Of a DNA stretch of 64,000 bases, positions 1-12,979 are shown piece after piece. The DNA comes from Octopus sinensis (lineage: Eukaryota). Every line of letters starts with the position of its first letter. The first letter of the stretch is position 1. Under the pieces are notes generated by a model. It was not told the origin of the DNA. It saw only the letters and a list, made by a program, of their open reading frames with translations, and made no database searches. The translations under genes were made by a program, and so were the position numbers. The stretch is taken from positions 1 to 64,000 of the forward strand of contig NW_021831840.1 in the NCBI RefSeq assembly GCF_006345805.1, read 5' to 3'.

Positions 1-1850
1 CTTTCTTTGAGGCAGTCAATTCGCGAATTCCCTCGCCGTGAAAATCGGTCTTCATTCGATCAGATACTGCATCACAAGACTGCCTTATTCTCACGCAGGC
101 GACCAGACTTATTCTCAGCAGGCGTGGACCACCTGGTCTCCCTCCTCTCCCTTCGTGGACCACCTGAATCGAGGAACTCCGGGTCCTCCAGACGTGTTCT
201 TCGTGGTGGCAATGTACGAGCACATATCCTCAGATGTTCTCTGACAGGTCATTTTATTGGGTTACCAACACGTTGGCCTCCTCTGTATTTGATCGTGCAT
301 CGACATTGAACGACGACCCGTCCACTCCGGGAGAGTGAGTGACTGTCCTCTCCCCCCGGGACTCAACTCTTATGAGGGGGACGCCAAAATGGTCATTCAG
401 GTCACTTTTGGCTTTATCTCAGACTTGTGTGTGCAGTGGCCGGAGGAGACAAATCCAAGTGGATTCAGAAAATGGGGGCATGGCCCTTTCTATTGAACTA
501 ATTATTTCAGTATTGAACAACAAGCTGTTTAGCACGGTTTGGGGTGTCACATCATTTCAGAAAGAGGTTTCCGAGACCTGGTTAGGACACAGGTCTGCTC
601 GGTCGTCGTCCAACTCTTGTCCCACGGCCGTACATTTGAAAATCAATATTTGCACGTGTCCTTTTCGACAAGACAACAATTGATGAAATTGGTATTCCTA
701 CTATTCAGGACATTTGACTTTCTGGTTTGGACACGTTTTGATGTGGTAGGCACTGGAGAGACATCTCATTGCCTGTCTTCTGTCTAAACTGGTCCTCATT
801 CTTTTATTCTCTAGCCGCAGAGACCCTGTAGGCTTTCCTTGAGGATGCTTTTGTTAGAAGGTTTTGTTGGCGAGAGAGTGGCAGGGCGGTGGAGTTGGAG
901 GACAGTGAGAGGAGGTCCTGCTACTTTAAGGCCATCAAAGTGAGTCTGAGTATTCTGTTGGAGTGAATCCATTTTGTGGAGTCAAAATCACGGAATTGCG
1001 GAATTTTATGACCAGATGGGATTCCGTGTCGGAAATGTTTTTTATCGTCTCATCAAACTGGTCTACACGGACGAGTGTTCAGTGCACTGGTGGGTGACCC
1101 TCCTAATCGTCCAGTGTCAATATGGGGGAGGGGAGCCACCCTCGGTTACTCCTGCACACGTGCTGAATCTGATCTATGACCAGGTGGAGGACATGTTGGC
1201 CAAACTGACCCTCTTTCTGGACACGTTGGGAGGTCCTCTGCTCATTTCTCTTGTTTTGGAGGACATTGTGAAATCCCTCAGTCTGTTTATGATATCCTGG
1301 TGGCCTCTCGTTATTATTTGTAGTACTCCAAATGAGTACTTTGCTTTCCTTGGTGGAGGGAGTTGTGCGAGAGTGGAATATGCGGGGACTGGAGTGTCAC
1401 GGGAGTGTTATCCTACGACAATGTGCACACGTATTTGGAGAACTGTACTGGTTTACTCTCGACTGTGTATGAAGATGTCTATGAAAGTACTCATAGTGTG
1501 GTCCCATTCCCTTGTAACATTCATGGAACGTCGTAAAAGGGAAATGGCAGAACAGTCCTCATTCGATTGGTTTCCGAGGGAGGATTGGAGCTGGGTGGGG
1601 TCCCTCGTGTTGTGTTTTAATGTGGCCTGTGTTTGTTATTACCAGAACATGGCCATTTTGCGTGGAATGACAATTTCACTGCAGTCATGGATGTGCTCTC
1701 CACCTCCAACTGCAGTGCCTGTGAAGGACCCCCCCCTCGAGATTGTGTGGGACAAGATGTGTCTGATCCCGACTATTCCGATATGTCAGGTTGTTCGCTC
1801 TGTTGAATGTTACCTGAGTGCCAACCTACGAATAAATTGAAAAGAAAGGC
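1..1850 (-). mobile_element. Highly degenerate LTR-retrotransposon-like (BEL/Pao or Gypsy) gag/pol remnant
   Basis: GC-richer block. The minus strand near 700-790 reads RCLSSAYHIKTCPNQKVKCPE..FHQLL, resembling gag Zn knuckles. Many stops and frameshifts; no LTR seen. Confidence 0.3.
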
Positions 1851-2094
1851 CAGTGAAACGTGACTGTTCTCCAAATATTTTTGAATTTAGAAATCAGTTT
1901 TTGCTTTGAAAAGTGATGAGTTTGTTGGTCTTGAAAGTAAAAATACACATATAACTACGATTGTAAAATTTCGGGCTCTCAGATCCATTTGATGTCTACA
2001 TTGAAAAAAAAGGATACAAACCTTCATTCTTTTAAATTTTTTTATCCCAAAGATTTTCATTATTTAAAAATTAGAAACAATAATTTGATTAGTT

Positions 2095-2800
2095 AATAAG
2101 ACGCTCGGACAGCCTGGCGAATAGCAATGTCATTCCCACAAATACAGCGATCGACAAACGTTCCAAGAGCCAAAATGATTCTCTGGAATCGTTTTTTATC
2201 ATTGATATCCGTCAACCAAGCGAGCGACGGAAGAGGCGCGTCTTGGGGCCAAAGATCCCCGAAGACTCCAGAGTAAAAGAAGCGAATTCGAGAGGTGGCC
2301 TTACTTAAGAATCTTGCAATCCTCGGTCAGCCTCGAAGCGTGCCCAGGATCAACAGCGGGAAGTGCGCGATTTCAGTCGGTGTCTGAGCAGGTGAAGTCC
2401 CGAATACGAGATTTCCCCTGCTCGTAAGGGAAGTGGGGACATTTGAGCTTTTTCCGTCTTCTCTATCCAGCTCCACCGGCTCAAAGATTGACGGGACACC
2501 CACAGAAACAAAACCTCTCTGTATGATTGCGTTGAGTTCACTGTGGCGAGCAGCTGACCGGCACTCCGACAGCAAGCGAGAGGGTGCAAATCGTACTCTC
2601 AACAGTTCCCACACAAAGGCATTTGTGCGCCTGTAAGATCTTCACCCAGACAACGGAGGGAGATTGCGATCCTTAAGCAATCCTTGGTCCACCAGATCGA
2701 GATGGGCCAAAGGGAGAGCTTTTAATCAAACACTGCGGAGATCGTCGAAGACCAGATTGCAGCGTGAGCTCGTAAAGATCCTAAGAACAAGGTCAAAGTC
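2095..2800 (-). mobile_element. CRE-like non-LTR retrotransposon 3' fragment (REL endonuclease)
   Basis: Translates across frameshifts as EPVELDREDGK..WDFTCSDT..LESSGIFGPK..LERLSIAV, the same family as other copies in the window. Confidence 0.8.
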
Positions 2801-3231
2801 GGAGAGAAGGTCATTTCAGTAAAAATACGGTGTATATCTAAACGTGTAAAGGTCTTGGGGGCAGAAAAAGTAGTTCGGGGAGGAAAAAGCCAAATTAGGC
2901 TCGATGTCTTTAGCTCCTCGATCATTTTAGATATATTTGAGATTTTTCAAGATAGTGAGCCTTCAAAGGCAGAAGGACACATGAAAAAAGAGAATACTAA
3001 GATTTGGTTGACTGTTATTTGAAAGTGGGAAAGAATCTTTCGGAACAAAAAGGATAACCGTGGAACATAAAGATGGTTAACGAAGTAAGATAATTTAAAA
3101 AAGCAAAACTGCTCAGAAACTCTACATAACCTCCAATCAACAGGAACAATCGTCCAAACGTTCAAAGAAAACGTCAAGTCACGCTTAAGCAATGCAAAGT
3201 ATTATAACATCATCACAGCTTTATGTAAGAA

Positions 3232-3375
3232 AATTTTTGATGAACGTTCTCTCAGGCAAATTTTAGAAATGATCCTAAGAAGGCTAGCTTTAAAATTGAT
3301 GGTGAAAAACAATTTTCTATGAACGTTCTCTCAAAGCAAATTTTAGAAATGATCCTAGAAGTATAGCTTTAAATT
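3232..3375. repeat. Two-copy ~80-bp tandem duplication
   Basis: The block ATGAACGTTCTCTC..GCAAATTTTAGAAATGATCCTA..TAGCTTTAA occurs twice. Confidence 0.7.
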
Positions 3376-3745
3376 ACGCAGAAGAAGAAAAATTTTTATT
3401 TAAAAGAGGCTGTTAGTAGAGAATAATAAGGACCTTTGACATTCCTGCCTTTTTAGTCCCGGACACGCTCACTTCTCAGCCGCAAACTAAGACTTACCGC
3501 CTTACCTGGTACCCAGACATTATCTTCTCTAGGACCTTAGATAGACCTTTGAAGGACAATTCCTGGGTTTCCGAGTGCTCCTCTCGCCATCCTTAGCCAT
3601 GGCTAGCCGGCTAGCTTGTCTTCTGACTTTCTTGAGTGCGCTAATTAAATTGATAACGCGTTTCGTCGTCTTTTCATATTTAAGTATAAAAATTGACAGC
3701 AGGCAAATTAGTTTATTAAATTAGTTCATTAAATTACGAATACTC

Positions 3746-3990
3746 GAATGAAGTAGTCATTACTGGTTCCAAAAGGTAATGTCTCTTGTCTACTGTAGTG
3801 GAATGGGCTACTCCACTGATAAACTCTTAGTGGGAAGTGATCCTTCCCGCCATCTCATCATTGCCTGTAGAAATGTACAGAAAGGCTTGGAAGCCGTCAG
3901 TTCTCTCAGACAAACAACCAAACATGTCAATAAGCCTGTCCTCATAGACATGGTCTCCCGACTGTCCATTTTCAGGGTGTGAATTATATT
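3746..3990 (+). pseudogene. Short-chain dehydrogenase/reductase (retinol dehydrogenase-like) 5' fragment
   Basis: Removing a 23-nt GT-AG intron (3776-3798) gives EVVITGSKSGMGYST..LIIACRNVQKGLEAV, containing the TGxxxGxG Rossmann motif. Homology is lost downstream. Confidence 0.7.
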
Positions 3991-4384
3991 AAAACACAGT
4001 ACTCATTCCCCACAGCCCCAGAAAAGACCATCTGGACGGGCTTATATCCAATGAAGAAACCAGGCTGTGGCACGTGCACGTGTCTGGAGTCATTGCATAA
4101 AAACTTTTTTCCACCGTATTCTGCACTAAAAAAGTCCAGAAACGTTTTGATATGTTTTCGACAAGCAAACGACTGTTCTGTTAACAGACTGGGTTCATAG
4201 CTTTAGTCTGGAGATCCCGCCAGGAGAGAAGAGAGTTTAAAATATATTGAAATTCTTGTTGAATTATGGATAGTTTGGCATGATTTGATTGTTTTTAATT
4301 TTATTACTTTGTATGTGAAATAAGAGTGTATTAACATATCGTGTCATTAAAGAAAAGGCAGCACAGATCTATTGAATTAATTCA

Positions 4385-5095
4385 GAGCTTAATGTTTTTC
4401 GTCAAAATAATAAACCAAATTTAATCCTTCTTCGAATCTTCGTTATTTTAAATAGATTTCTTGTTAAGAAATAATTGAAATTTATTTGAATTATCATCAT
4501 GTAAATTTGAAAAGTAAACGTTTTCGTAGTGAAATTGGCTTACGGAGACAACTTGAGGAAGTTTTGAAAACTCTCAAAGTATCCTCTGCGCCCACAATCC
4601 CGATGATCCTGAAGGAAATCTGTATTTGATCACTATAATTGGCGTGTACACTGAAAGAGTGACTTCGGTGCTTTGTTTTTTATCTTTCGTTAACGATTTC
4701 TCTTTTTCGTTAGATTTTGGTTTTTTTGACAATAAAACAATTCTATTCCAAGGATTTTTAAAATCAAGTTAAATAATCAATTATCGAATTATAACTTATA
4801 TATTTTCTAAAAATATTTATTTTTTGAAATGAATAAAATATCGAATTATTATCATAGCGTGTTCTGCACGCTTTCCTGTTGTTGTGTTGTTTTGTTTTTT
4901 GTACGTTGATTATTACTTTTTTATTCAAAATTTTTTTAAGTATAATTTTCTATTTGCATTTTATTGCTGATTAAATATTTGTTACATGTAGAATACCTTG
5001 AAAAAAGTTATTTTACAAGTTATTTGTGGCTATTGCCTCACTAGTTTAATCTCAATTTAATGCATCTTTTTAATTGATTTTTTTCTATTGTAATA
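4385..5095. repeat. Dispersed repeat, paralog of ~34495-35410
   Basis: Colinear near-identity from TTAATGTTTTTCGTCAAAATAATAAACC through TTTAATTGATTTT. Product unknown. Confidence 0.85.
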
Positions 5096-5101
5096 TATCA
5101 T

Positions 5102-7385
5102 TTTTTTTTTTTTTTTTTTTTTTAAACCAAAACAAAAATTAAACAAAAATTAATTGATATTCTCTCTTCTCTTAGGGGACACTCCGTTGACCGTCATGTC
5201 TTGACACCTCTCTCTCTTCGTATTGCAGTAAGAAAGCAGACTCCTCTGGCAAGTCAACTGACACTCCCATTTTCTTCTCCTCTAGCGATAAGACTATCCG
5301 TTTCCTTCTCAATTTGGTAGTTGTCGACCTTCATGCCATGTTTGTATTCAACGACCATGCTCTCCAGGGTTTCTTGATTGTCACTGATTGAATGTACGCC
5401 TTAGTCGGACCACTATATTCAACTTTTTCATGTAGGACTTATAGAACTTGGTCACTACCCCATCCCATGTCAATACGACAGGGACTATCGTGACTTTTGC
5501 CTTGTGAATCTGTGCCAATTCTCCAGCAAGTAGATCATACTTGTGGAGTTTCTCTACTTCGACTTGCTTTAACCTTCCTGGGATGTGACCCGACTTCGAT
5601 TATCGTTATCTCATTTTTCATTTTTCAAGCACAAAAATGTCTGGCTTGTTGTTTTTAACTTCAATGTCGGTCTGCAACGTCATGTCTACTCGTATTTCAA
5701 CACGACTATTTTCCACGACCGACTGGACTGAGTGTGCTTTCAATTTCTTGCATTTCTTTATTCCGTACTGACGACAGACGTGTAGATGTATGCATCTGAC
5801 AATTTCATTGTGTCTTCGCATGTATGACCTTGAAGCATTCTGCTACATCGAGTAGCTAGGTGATCCACGGTTTTTTCTTGCCGACCGCAATGGTTACAAT
5901 TAGGCTTTGCCTCTCCGAAAAACAAATTGCGATCCTGGGCCAAGCAATATAGTGCCTCGGCCTTTGGGGCATTGTTCCCATTGGCTAGCCATACATTGGA
6001 CTCCACGATATCAGCACTCGTCCTGAATGCATTTAAACAGCGTGAATTTATCATCTTAGATTTAATGTGTCCATTAGTCTTTTCTTCTGGCACTCCTTAA
6101 TAAGGTTTACATCCAATTTTGATTGGTCTTCCAGATTGTACTTGAGAGCGAGAAATCTTGCAATCGTGGTCATATGTGTTTTCTTTTCTCTCAAGACCGC
6201 AAGATTCCTGCTCTTCTGAGGCACAACGAGGCTTTTTTCTTTCAAGGTCGGGAGAGAAATTGGAGCAGGATGCATTCGCTCTTATTGGAAATTGGATTAA
6301 GCCTCTTCCAAAACCATTTCTGCCGAGATATAATCTTTCTTTATTAGCGGGCTTCAGATGGATTCGTAAAGTAGTTAGAATGCGACGAATTACCAGATCA
6401 ATGGCATCAAACTCACTCGGTTCAATGTCGATCAATCCGATATAGTAGTTGTAGAGAGAGAGTGCATATTCGTTTATCGCTTTAAAGAGTTTACTACTGC
6501 ACTTAACTTTGTTTTTGCAAGACTCTCGATTCTCTCTTTCACGTTTCTCGAGCATTGTTTTCATTACCTCGATTTTCTTGACATCACTTCCTCTATCCTC
6601 CAAGACTCCCAGTATCGATACCCAGCACACCCCATCCAGACATTTTGTAATCTTTCCATAGTCCAGGTTAGTCGCAGACTTTTCCGAGTTCCTCTTGAGG
6701 CCAACGGCATCAAAATATTCATCGACATCTTCCATCATTTTTAGAACGGTGTCCTTCTTTCTCAGCAATTATTTTCAGGTCGTCAATAAACAGCAAATGG
6801 TTTGTTGAATATGAAACCGTGAACGGGTCATTTTGACCTATACGCACCTTCGGGAACTTCATATTCAAGCTCCTACTTAACGGATCCATTACCAGAGTGA
6901 AGAGTTGTGGAGAGAGTGAGTCTCCTTGTAAGATTCCTCTTTCCAATTTTACAGTTCCAATTCTCTTATTGTTAAGTGTCAAAATGACATTCCAATTTTT
7001 GATTAAAGTTTCACAAAATTTGTGATCCAATTCGGAATTCCAGACTGATCAAGCACTTGACATAAGAATTCATGATTGACAGAATCAAATGCCTTTCTGA
7101 CATCGATCCACGTTGCAAATAAGTTATTTCCATACTCACTATTGACACACTGGTTTATTAGTGCTTGTTCCTTTGCGCCTTGGCATTGCCTTCTAGCTCC
7201 CAGCTGATTATCCGATAAGGTTAAACGCTTCGATATAGTCTGTAAGCTTTGTATTCACACATTTAGTGACAAGTTTGTACAATATAGGCATGCAGGTAAT
7301 CGGCCTTAAGTCATTGGGGAATGGCACTTTTCATTTTTTGGAATGAGGTATTTACTCCTGTGTAAACCACTCAGCAGGGGAATAC
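5102..7385 (-). mobile_element. R4/Dong-like non-LTR retrotransposon, 5'-truncated (RT, CCHC, REL, poly-A tail)
   Basis: GILQGDSLSPQLF, HLLFIDD, NEYALSLYNYY, KERLYLGR, CNHC..TVDHLATRC, RRHNE, NNKPDIF. A T-tract at 5102-5122 is the poly-A tail. Frameshifted. Confidence 0.9.
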
Positions 7386-8114
7386 CCTAGGGTACGCGAA
7401 ATTCTGTAGGGGGTACGCGAAAATTTTTTGAAAATCTATTTAATTTTCGTTTCAACATAAAAAAGTTATTAATTCTAATTATAATAAAAATCATAATTAA
7501 ATTAAATAATTAATAATAAATAAATCTCCACGCTACTAGTTTTTCTTATGAGTTTACCTGTTAACAAGATTCGAAAATACAACGATAGTTATCTCAACTA
7601 TGGATTTTATTTTGTGATTAAAAACGGATTTTATTTTGTGATTAATGAAGTAGATCTAAGTTTTTTGTCAATCCTTTTTCCGTAAAAGTTAATGTTTTGC
7701 CTTCAAATATTCAAGAAGAAGTTATTGAATTAATAAATTCTTACGAGTCAAAAATCTTATTTGAATCTGCACCATTAATTGAATTTTGGTGTAAAATGAC
7801 ATCAAAATATCACAATATTGGATTTTATATAATCGATTTTTTGCTTTTGTTTCCGACTACATATCTCTGCGAACAAGATTTTCATCGTTGTTTAATTTAA
7901 AATCATTCATCGTGCGAGGCTGAATGTTGTTCATGATATTCGGGTGTGTCTTTCGTCAAAGGATCCAGAAATCGATAGATTAGTGATTGATAACAACACC
8001 ATCCATCTCATTAATTAATATTTTTTTTCCTTAATTTTTTAAAATCGATAAGGGGTACGCGAAAAATTATTTAGATGGCAAGGGTACGCAAGGAAAAAAA
8101 GTTTGAGACCACTG
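7385..8114 (+). mobile_element. hAT (Buster/Charlie-type) 3' remnant
   Basis: Dimerization-domain FW..LLLFPTTYLCEQ.F, GGTACGCG subterminal repeats, and right TIR GTTTGAGACCACTG ending at 8114. Confidence 0.8.
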
Positions 8115-8832
8115 ATTTAAGGAATGCGAGAGAACTCTTTGTGAAAGATCTTTTGTTTTAAAGAGGCGATAAAGTTTAAAAACTGACGAATGCATATCGT
8201 TCTTGTTCCAATCAAATACCCAACCGCCGAGTTAGACTTTGGTGGTCAAAGAGAATTAACCATTGAAATGTTATTTTCATACATATTTTTTAGGTTTATG
8301 TCGGTTTATAAGTTCTATTCTACGCCAACCAAGCCTCATCTGAATTCAAAGCAATATCGAAATTTGTTTTCTAACTAGATTATTTGGTTTTTGAATAAAC
8401 GAATGTCTACCGTTCCACTATTTATATGGTTTATTGTGAGTAGTCTTGATTTTAGATTTTTGAAAAGAATTCAACAATCAGTTCAGCAACATTTACAAAA
8501 CATTTGACCAAAACAGAATGGAGATACAAGTCATATCGGATTTGCTCCAATTATGAAACTACTGGCTAAATTTATCTTTTCTTCAGTAATTTTGATCCCG
8601 TGCCTCTCCAAGATTTTTTTAACACGCCTGACTGAATATAGACCATACGGTCAACACCAGTGTAATTATTTTTACTTGAGCGTACCGGAAGCTTGACAAC
8701 TCCCTGGCCACGCTTATTTATTTAATAATAAGCGGTAATTTTAATGTTTTAAATATATTCTAGTGTGGTCGTCCACATGCCACTTTTTTTCTAATAACAA
8801 ATGTATATTCTCATAATAATTTTTTATTAGAA

Positions 8833-11520
8833 ATGTTATTTCTTAGAATAATTCGATCAAGTCGAAACACTCTTAACTTGAAAAATTTTTCATCTCGAAG
8901 AAACCCGCTAAACATCAAAATGATCCCTAAAGATCTCCACGACTCTATTTTTAGCCAAGACAGCGGTTTTTTATAAAAATAAAAAACAAGATCTTTTACA
9001 AACAAGAACGTGTCATAAAAGCCCAAAAACACCTTCAAACCTTTATAAAGAACTCCAATTTAGAATCTCAAACCGCCGATGACGTAACAATAAAGTTACC
9101 TGACCTTCCCGGCAAAAATATCGAGAATATTTTTTCAAAAATGGCCGAGTCTATCTCTCTTCCTTATTTAAAACTGGCAAATGAACTATCAGAATGCCAG
9201 TCTCTCCCTTCAATGCCAAAAGAATGGAAAATGATGGAAGGTCTTCGTTTGTTTCATTTCAGGGTGGTTAAAATACAACGAGGATGGCTCGGCAATACAA
9301 GTTGATTACCCAGAAGAAACAGCTCTTGTATTTGACGTTGAGACTCTCGTTCGAGAGGAAGGTCGTCCTGTCATGGCCGTCGCACTTTCAGCAACAAATT
9401 GATAATATTGGATATATATATGATTAGGTATGGTAGTCGTTATTTAACTAATTCTGATTATTTTTATGGATCAAGAAGGCGACTTTCTGATCTTATTCCA
9501 ATGGAGACAGTGGCTGATACTGACATGGCTAAACATTCGTCTTCCATTCTAAGGCTTCTGGTAGGTCATAATGTCTCATTTTATCGTTCTTTCATAAAGG
9601 AGAAATACCTCTTACAGGTCATATTATATATATTAATAACATAGGGGACTAAAATGAGATTTATTGACACAATGTCACTCCATATTGCTTGTTCGGGATT
9701 CACGAGTGATCAAAAAATGGCCATTCGACAAAAGTCAATAGTGGAAGATGAGACAGAAGCTGAGATTTGGATGAATTTGGGGACAACCAACTCCCTACAA
9801 GACGTCCATGCGTATCACTGCAAAGGCCAACTCTTAAAAAAAGACCTCCGAAAAATATTCGTGACAGGATCAGTGACTGATGTACGTCAATAATTCAATG
9901 AACTTATTGATTATTGTGCTAATGACGTACTGGCTACATTCAGAGTATTTAGTCGTCTTTTTAAGTTGTATTGTTCTCGGTTTACTTTGATTTTATAACT
10001 TTTAAGATTTCCGTCGGATGTGACTTTGGCTGGAATAAGATCCATGTATTTGCCAGTAAACGAGAATTGGGAACATTTTTTGAGTCGGTAACAAAATAAA
10101 TTCCTCCAAGATGAAAAGAAAATAAAACGTCTTTTATTAAACGGGGCAAACAGCGCCGTGGCAAATATCAAAAAATCTGCTGATTGTCCATGGACCTGGG
10201 ACCTTGGTTGGAGAACAATTCCCTTCAAACACAAAAAAATACCCAAAAAACAACAAATCGATCAAATCTCTGAACTATTCAAGAAGGAACGTGTTCTAAG
10301 CATGAACTATCTCAATGATTATCCACGGTTAAGTAAATCCTGTTTAAAATTGTCAGCTGGTATAGGAATATATGTGATAGTCCTCAAAGTAATGAAAGGA
10401 CGACATTCTCTCCGTCGAATTTGTCACTTTCAAAGAGAATTATCACTAAATTGCTAAAACTAAGTTTTTTTGGATGTCCGTTATTTTACCACTCCGTTTA
10501 TGGCTGGGGATTTCTTGTTCCCGCGCTTGGAGTGACTGATAGATCTGATATGGATAAATTATATCCTTATCCTTCAAAGTATTTGTTTGTGGTTTGAATT
10601 TTTTAGATTTGCCCTTTTTAATATGTAAAGTTTCTCTTTATCATTCCGGAAAATTGTGACGATTTTTTAGAAAATATTTTCAAAAATGGGCCTGAAATAC
10701 TCAATAATGTTGAGTTACGGAATAATACTTATTGGAAGGTTGCTTTAATACATTTTATTGTAGTTAGGGAATTGGTTTGAGCGGAAATTAAGTTCCTTTT
10801 ATGAAAAAAGAATCTCCCTTTCACAGGATGTCGATGGGGTACCTCCATCTTGGAATTTTTGCCGTTTTTTAAGACAAGTTGTAAAAACTACTCAAATTAT
10901 TATAGGATTGTTCAAATCGTAAAATCAACATTGTTTTATGCAAGGAAAACGTTGCAAAACTCAAAAACGGTCAATTAGTCTCTGAGTTTGCTCCAGAATC
11001 CACAGATTTGTTGATTTTGGCCACAACTTTGACTTATTGGCGAAATAACCTCGATATAATTAAGTTAAACAATTAAATATATTTTGAGGTCTCAATTCGT
11101 CGTTTGGTTAAATCAAAACGAGATTGCTTCCCCAAACTCCAAAGGTTTATTTGGGACAATACTTCCACGTGTTATTATCGAAAGGACAGTGACGAGACGG
11201 GCAGTTGAGCCTACATGGCTGACTGCTAGTAATGCATGAGTATTTGTTAGCTTTGATTTCTATCAGACTGATCGTATTGGTAGTGAACTGAAAGCTATGA
11301 TTCAATCACCCGTGGACTATCATTTTGTTGGGGCAGATGTAGATTTGGAGGAGTTGTGGATTGCTTCTCTTCTTGGGGATGCATATTTTTCAAAAATTCA
11401 TGGTAATAAGTTTTTTTGTGAATTTTTAGGAAGTACTGGGTTTTCGTGAATGCTTCATCAGGGAAGTAAATCTGAGGGGTCAGATCTCCATAGTCGGACT
11501 GCTGAGATCATTGGAATAGC
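8833..11520 (+). pseudogene. POLG: Mitochondrial DNA polymerase gamma catalytic subunit pseudogene
   Basis: R-rich N-terminus, NPLNIKMIP, FDVET (ExoI), GHNVSFYR (ExoII), RFIDTMSLH, YCANDV (ExoIII), [45 protein letters not shown] (motif A), DLHSRTA. Carries ~22-29 nt introns, several in-frame stops, and ends before motif B. Confidence 0.95.
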
Positions 11521-12420
11521 AATAGCTGGCTCTCTAAATTCAAGAAACGGAACAATATTCAGTTAAGAACTTTTCACGGAGAGTCTTATAAGACTAACGT
11601 AACTTTGAAGAGAAATAAATTCTTTTATTTCAGTAATTTTCAAAATGCAAAAAATATGAACCTGCAAATATTTATAACGCCGACGAAACAGGAATATTCT
11701 ACAAAAATATTCCTTCAAAAAGTGTTTGTCAGAAAAATCGCCCAGGGCAAAAAATGCTAAAAGACCGGTTTATTGTATTTCTTATATTTTAGATTTTCTT
11801 TGTTGCTGTGTCCAAATATGACGGGGACAGATAAAAAAGTCCATTGATGATTGGAAAATTTAAGAAACCTAGATGCTTTAAGAATTTTAATGTGGAAAAA
11901 TATATTGATTATAGACATTCTGGAAGGTCGTGGATGACTAGCAAAATTTTCAACGAATGGCTTCTTTCATGGGATCGTGATCTTCAAAAGAAAAAAAACA
12001 AAATTCTGCTTGTTGTGGATCGATGCCCTTCACATAAAATTTACTTGAATTTAGTATCAATTGAACTGCTATACCTTCCAGCAAAAACGACCACAATTTT
12101 ACAACCTATGGATCAGGGAATCATCCGCTCATTTAAAGCGAACTTTAACAAAATTAAATTTGATGCGATGTTAGAGAAAATTGACAATGGAACTGATCCT
12201 GTCGATTCACACAAGAAGCTGAATCTAAAAGACGGCCTTTTGTTTACGTATTTTGGATGGAAAAATGTTACTCAAGAAACAATTGCAAATTGTTTTAAGC
12301 ATTCCAATGGATTACTTGTGAAAATCAAAACCCAAAAACAGATACATTGATAATTACGATAAAATTATCACGACGCTAAAATTCCTGATCGGATAAAACC
12401 AACGGAATTTATGGATCACA
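11520..12420 (+). mobile_element. Tigger/pogo (DDE_1) transposase remnant
   Basis: WLSKFKKRNNI.L..FHGES, YNADETGIF, SWMTSKIFNEWL, LLVVDRCPSH, LQPMDQGII. Confidence 0.85.
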
Positions 12421-12979
12421 GTTTCACTGAGATGGATGAAGTGAGGAATTCCTCATGGATACAAATCAACCTGCTTAAGTTATTCAGAAGATAACCAAGA
12501 AAATCAGTTATTAATTGTTACAGTAAATAGAGATACCAGAAATAGCGATCCGAGTAAAATAATTATAAAATTTTATATTGTCCAAATAGAGAAATCTATA
12601 AAGACAAATACTGTGCAGGGACGATTTTTTCGTTAATTTGATAATTTTATAAATTAATAAATAGCTTACTACAAAATCTGCTTTAAAATCGTACAGGAAT
12701 AATGAAAATATTTGCTTAAGAATAGATTCGTTTATTGTTTGAATTGTTAATTTTTTTAAATGTTTAAATGACGCTTTTTGTTAACAATTTAGTCAATTTC
12801 GCGTTTAAATCTTTATGGAGTGTATTTTTAGTTTCGATTTCATTTTATTTAAACAAAATGAAAATATGGAAAAGTAATTCAAATTCTTTTTTTTTTGAAA
12901 TAGCAAATAGTTGCTATTTTCGATTTGCATCATAAAAGAACAAAAATTTAAGATATAAGAAGTTTATTCCGAAACAAAA

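Noticed and set aside
974-1840. 288-aa plus-strand ORF as a host gene
   Set aside because: No ATG start or recognizable motif. It looks like the antisense shadow of a decayed retroelement.
9891-11449. Stop-codon reassignment explaining the POLG stops
   Set aside because: The stops align to different residue types (TGA at Trp and at a likely Arg position, TAA at two unrelated positions). Other lesions coexist, and H3 and annexin end at TAA.
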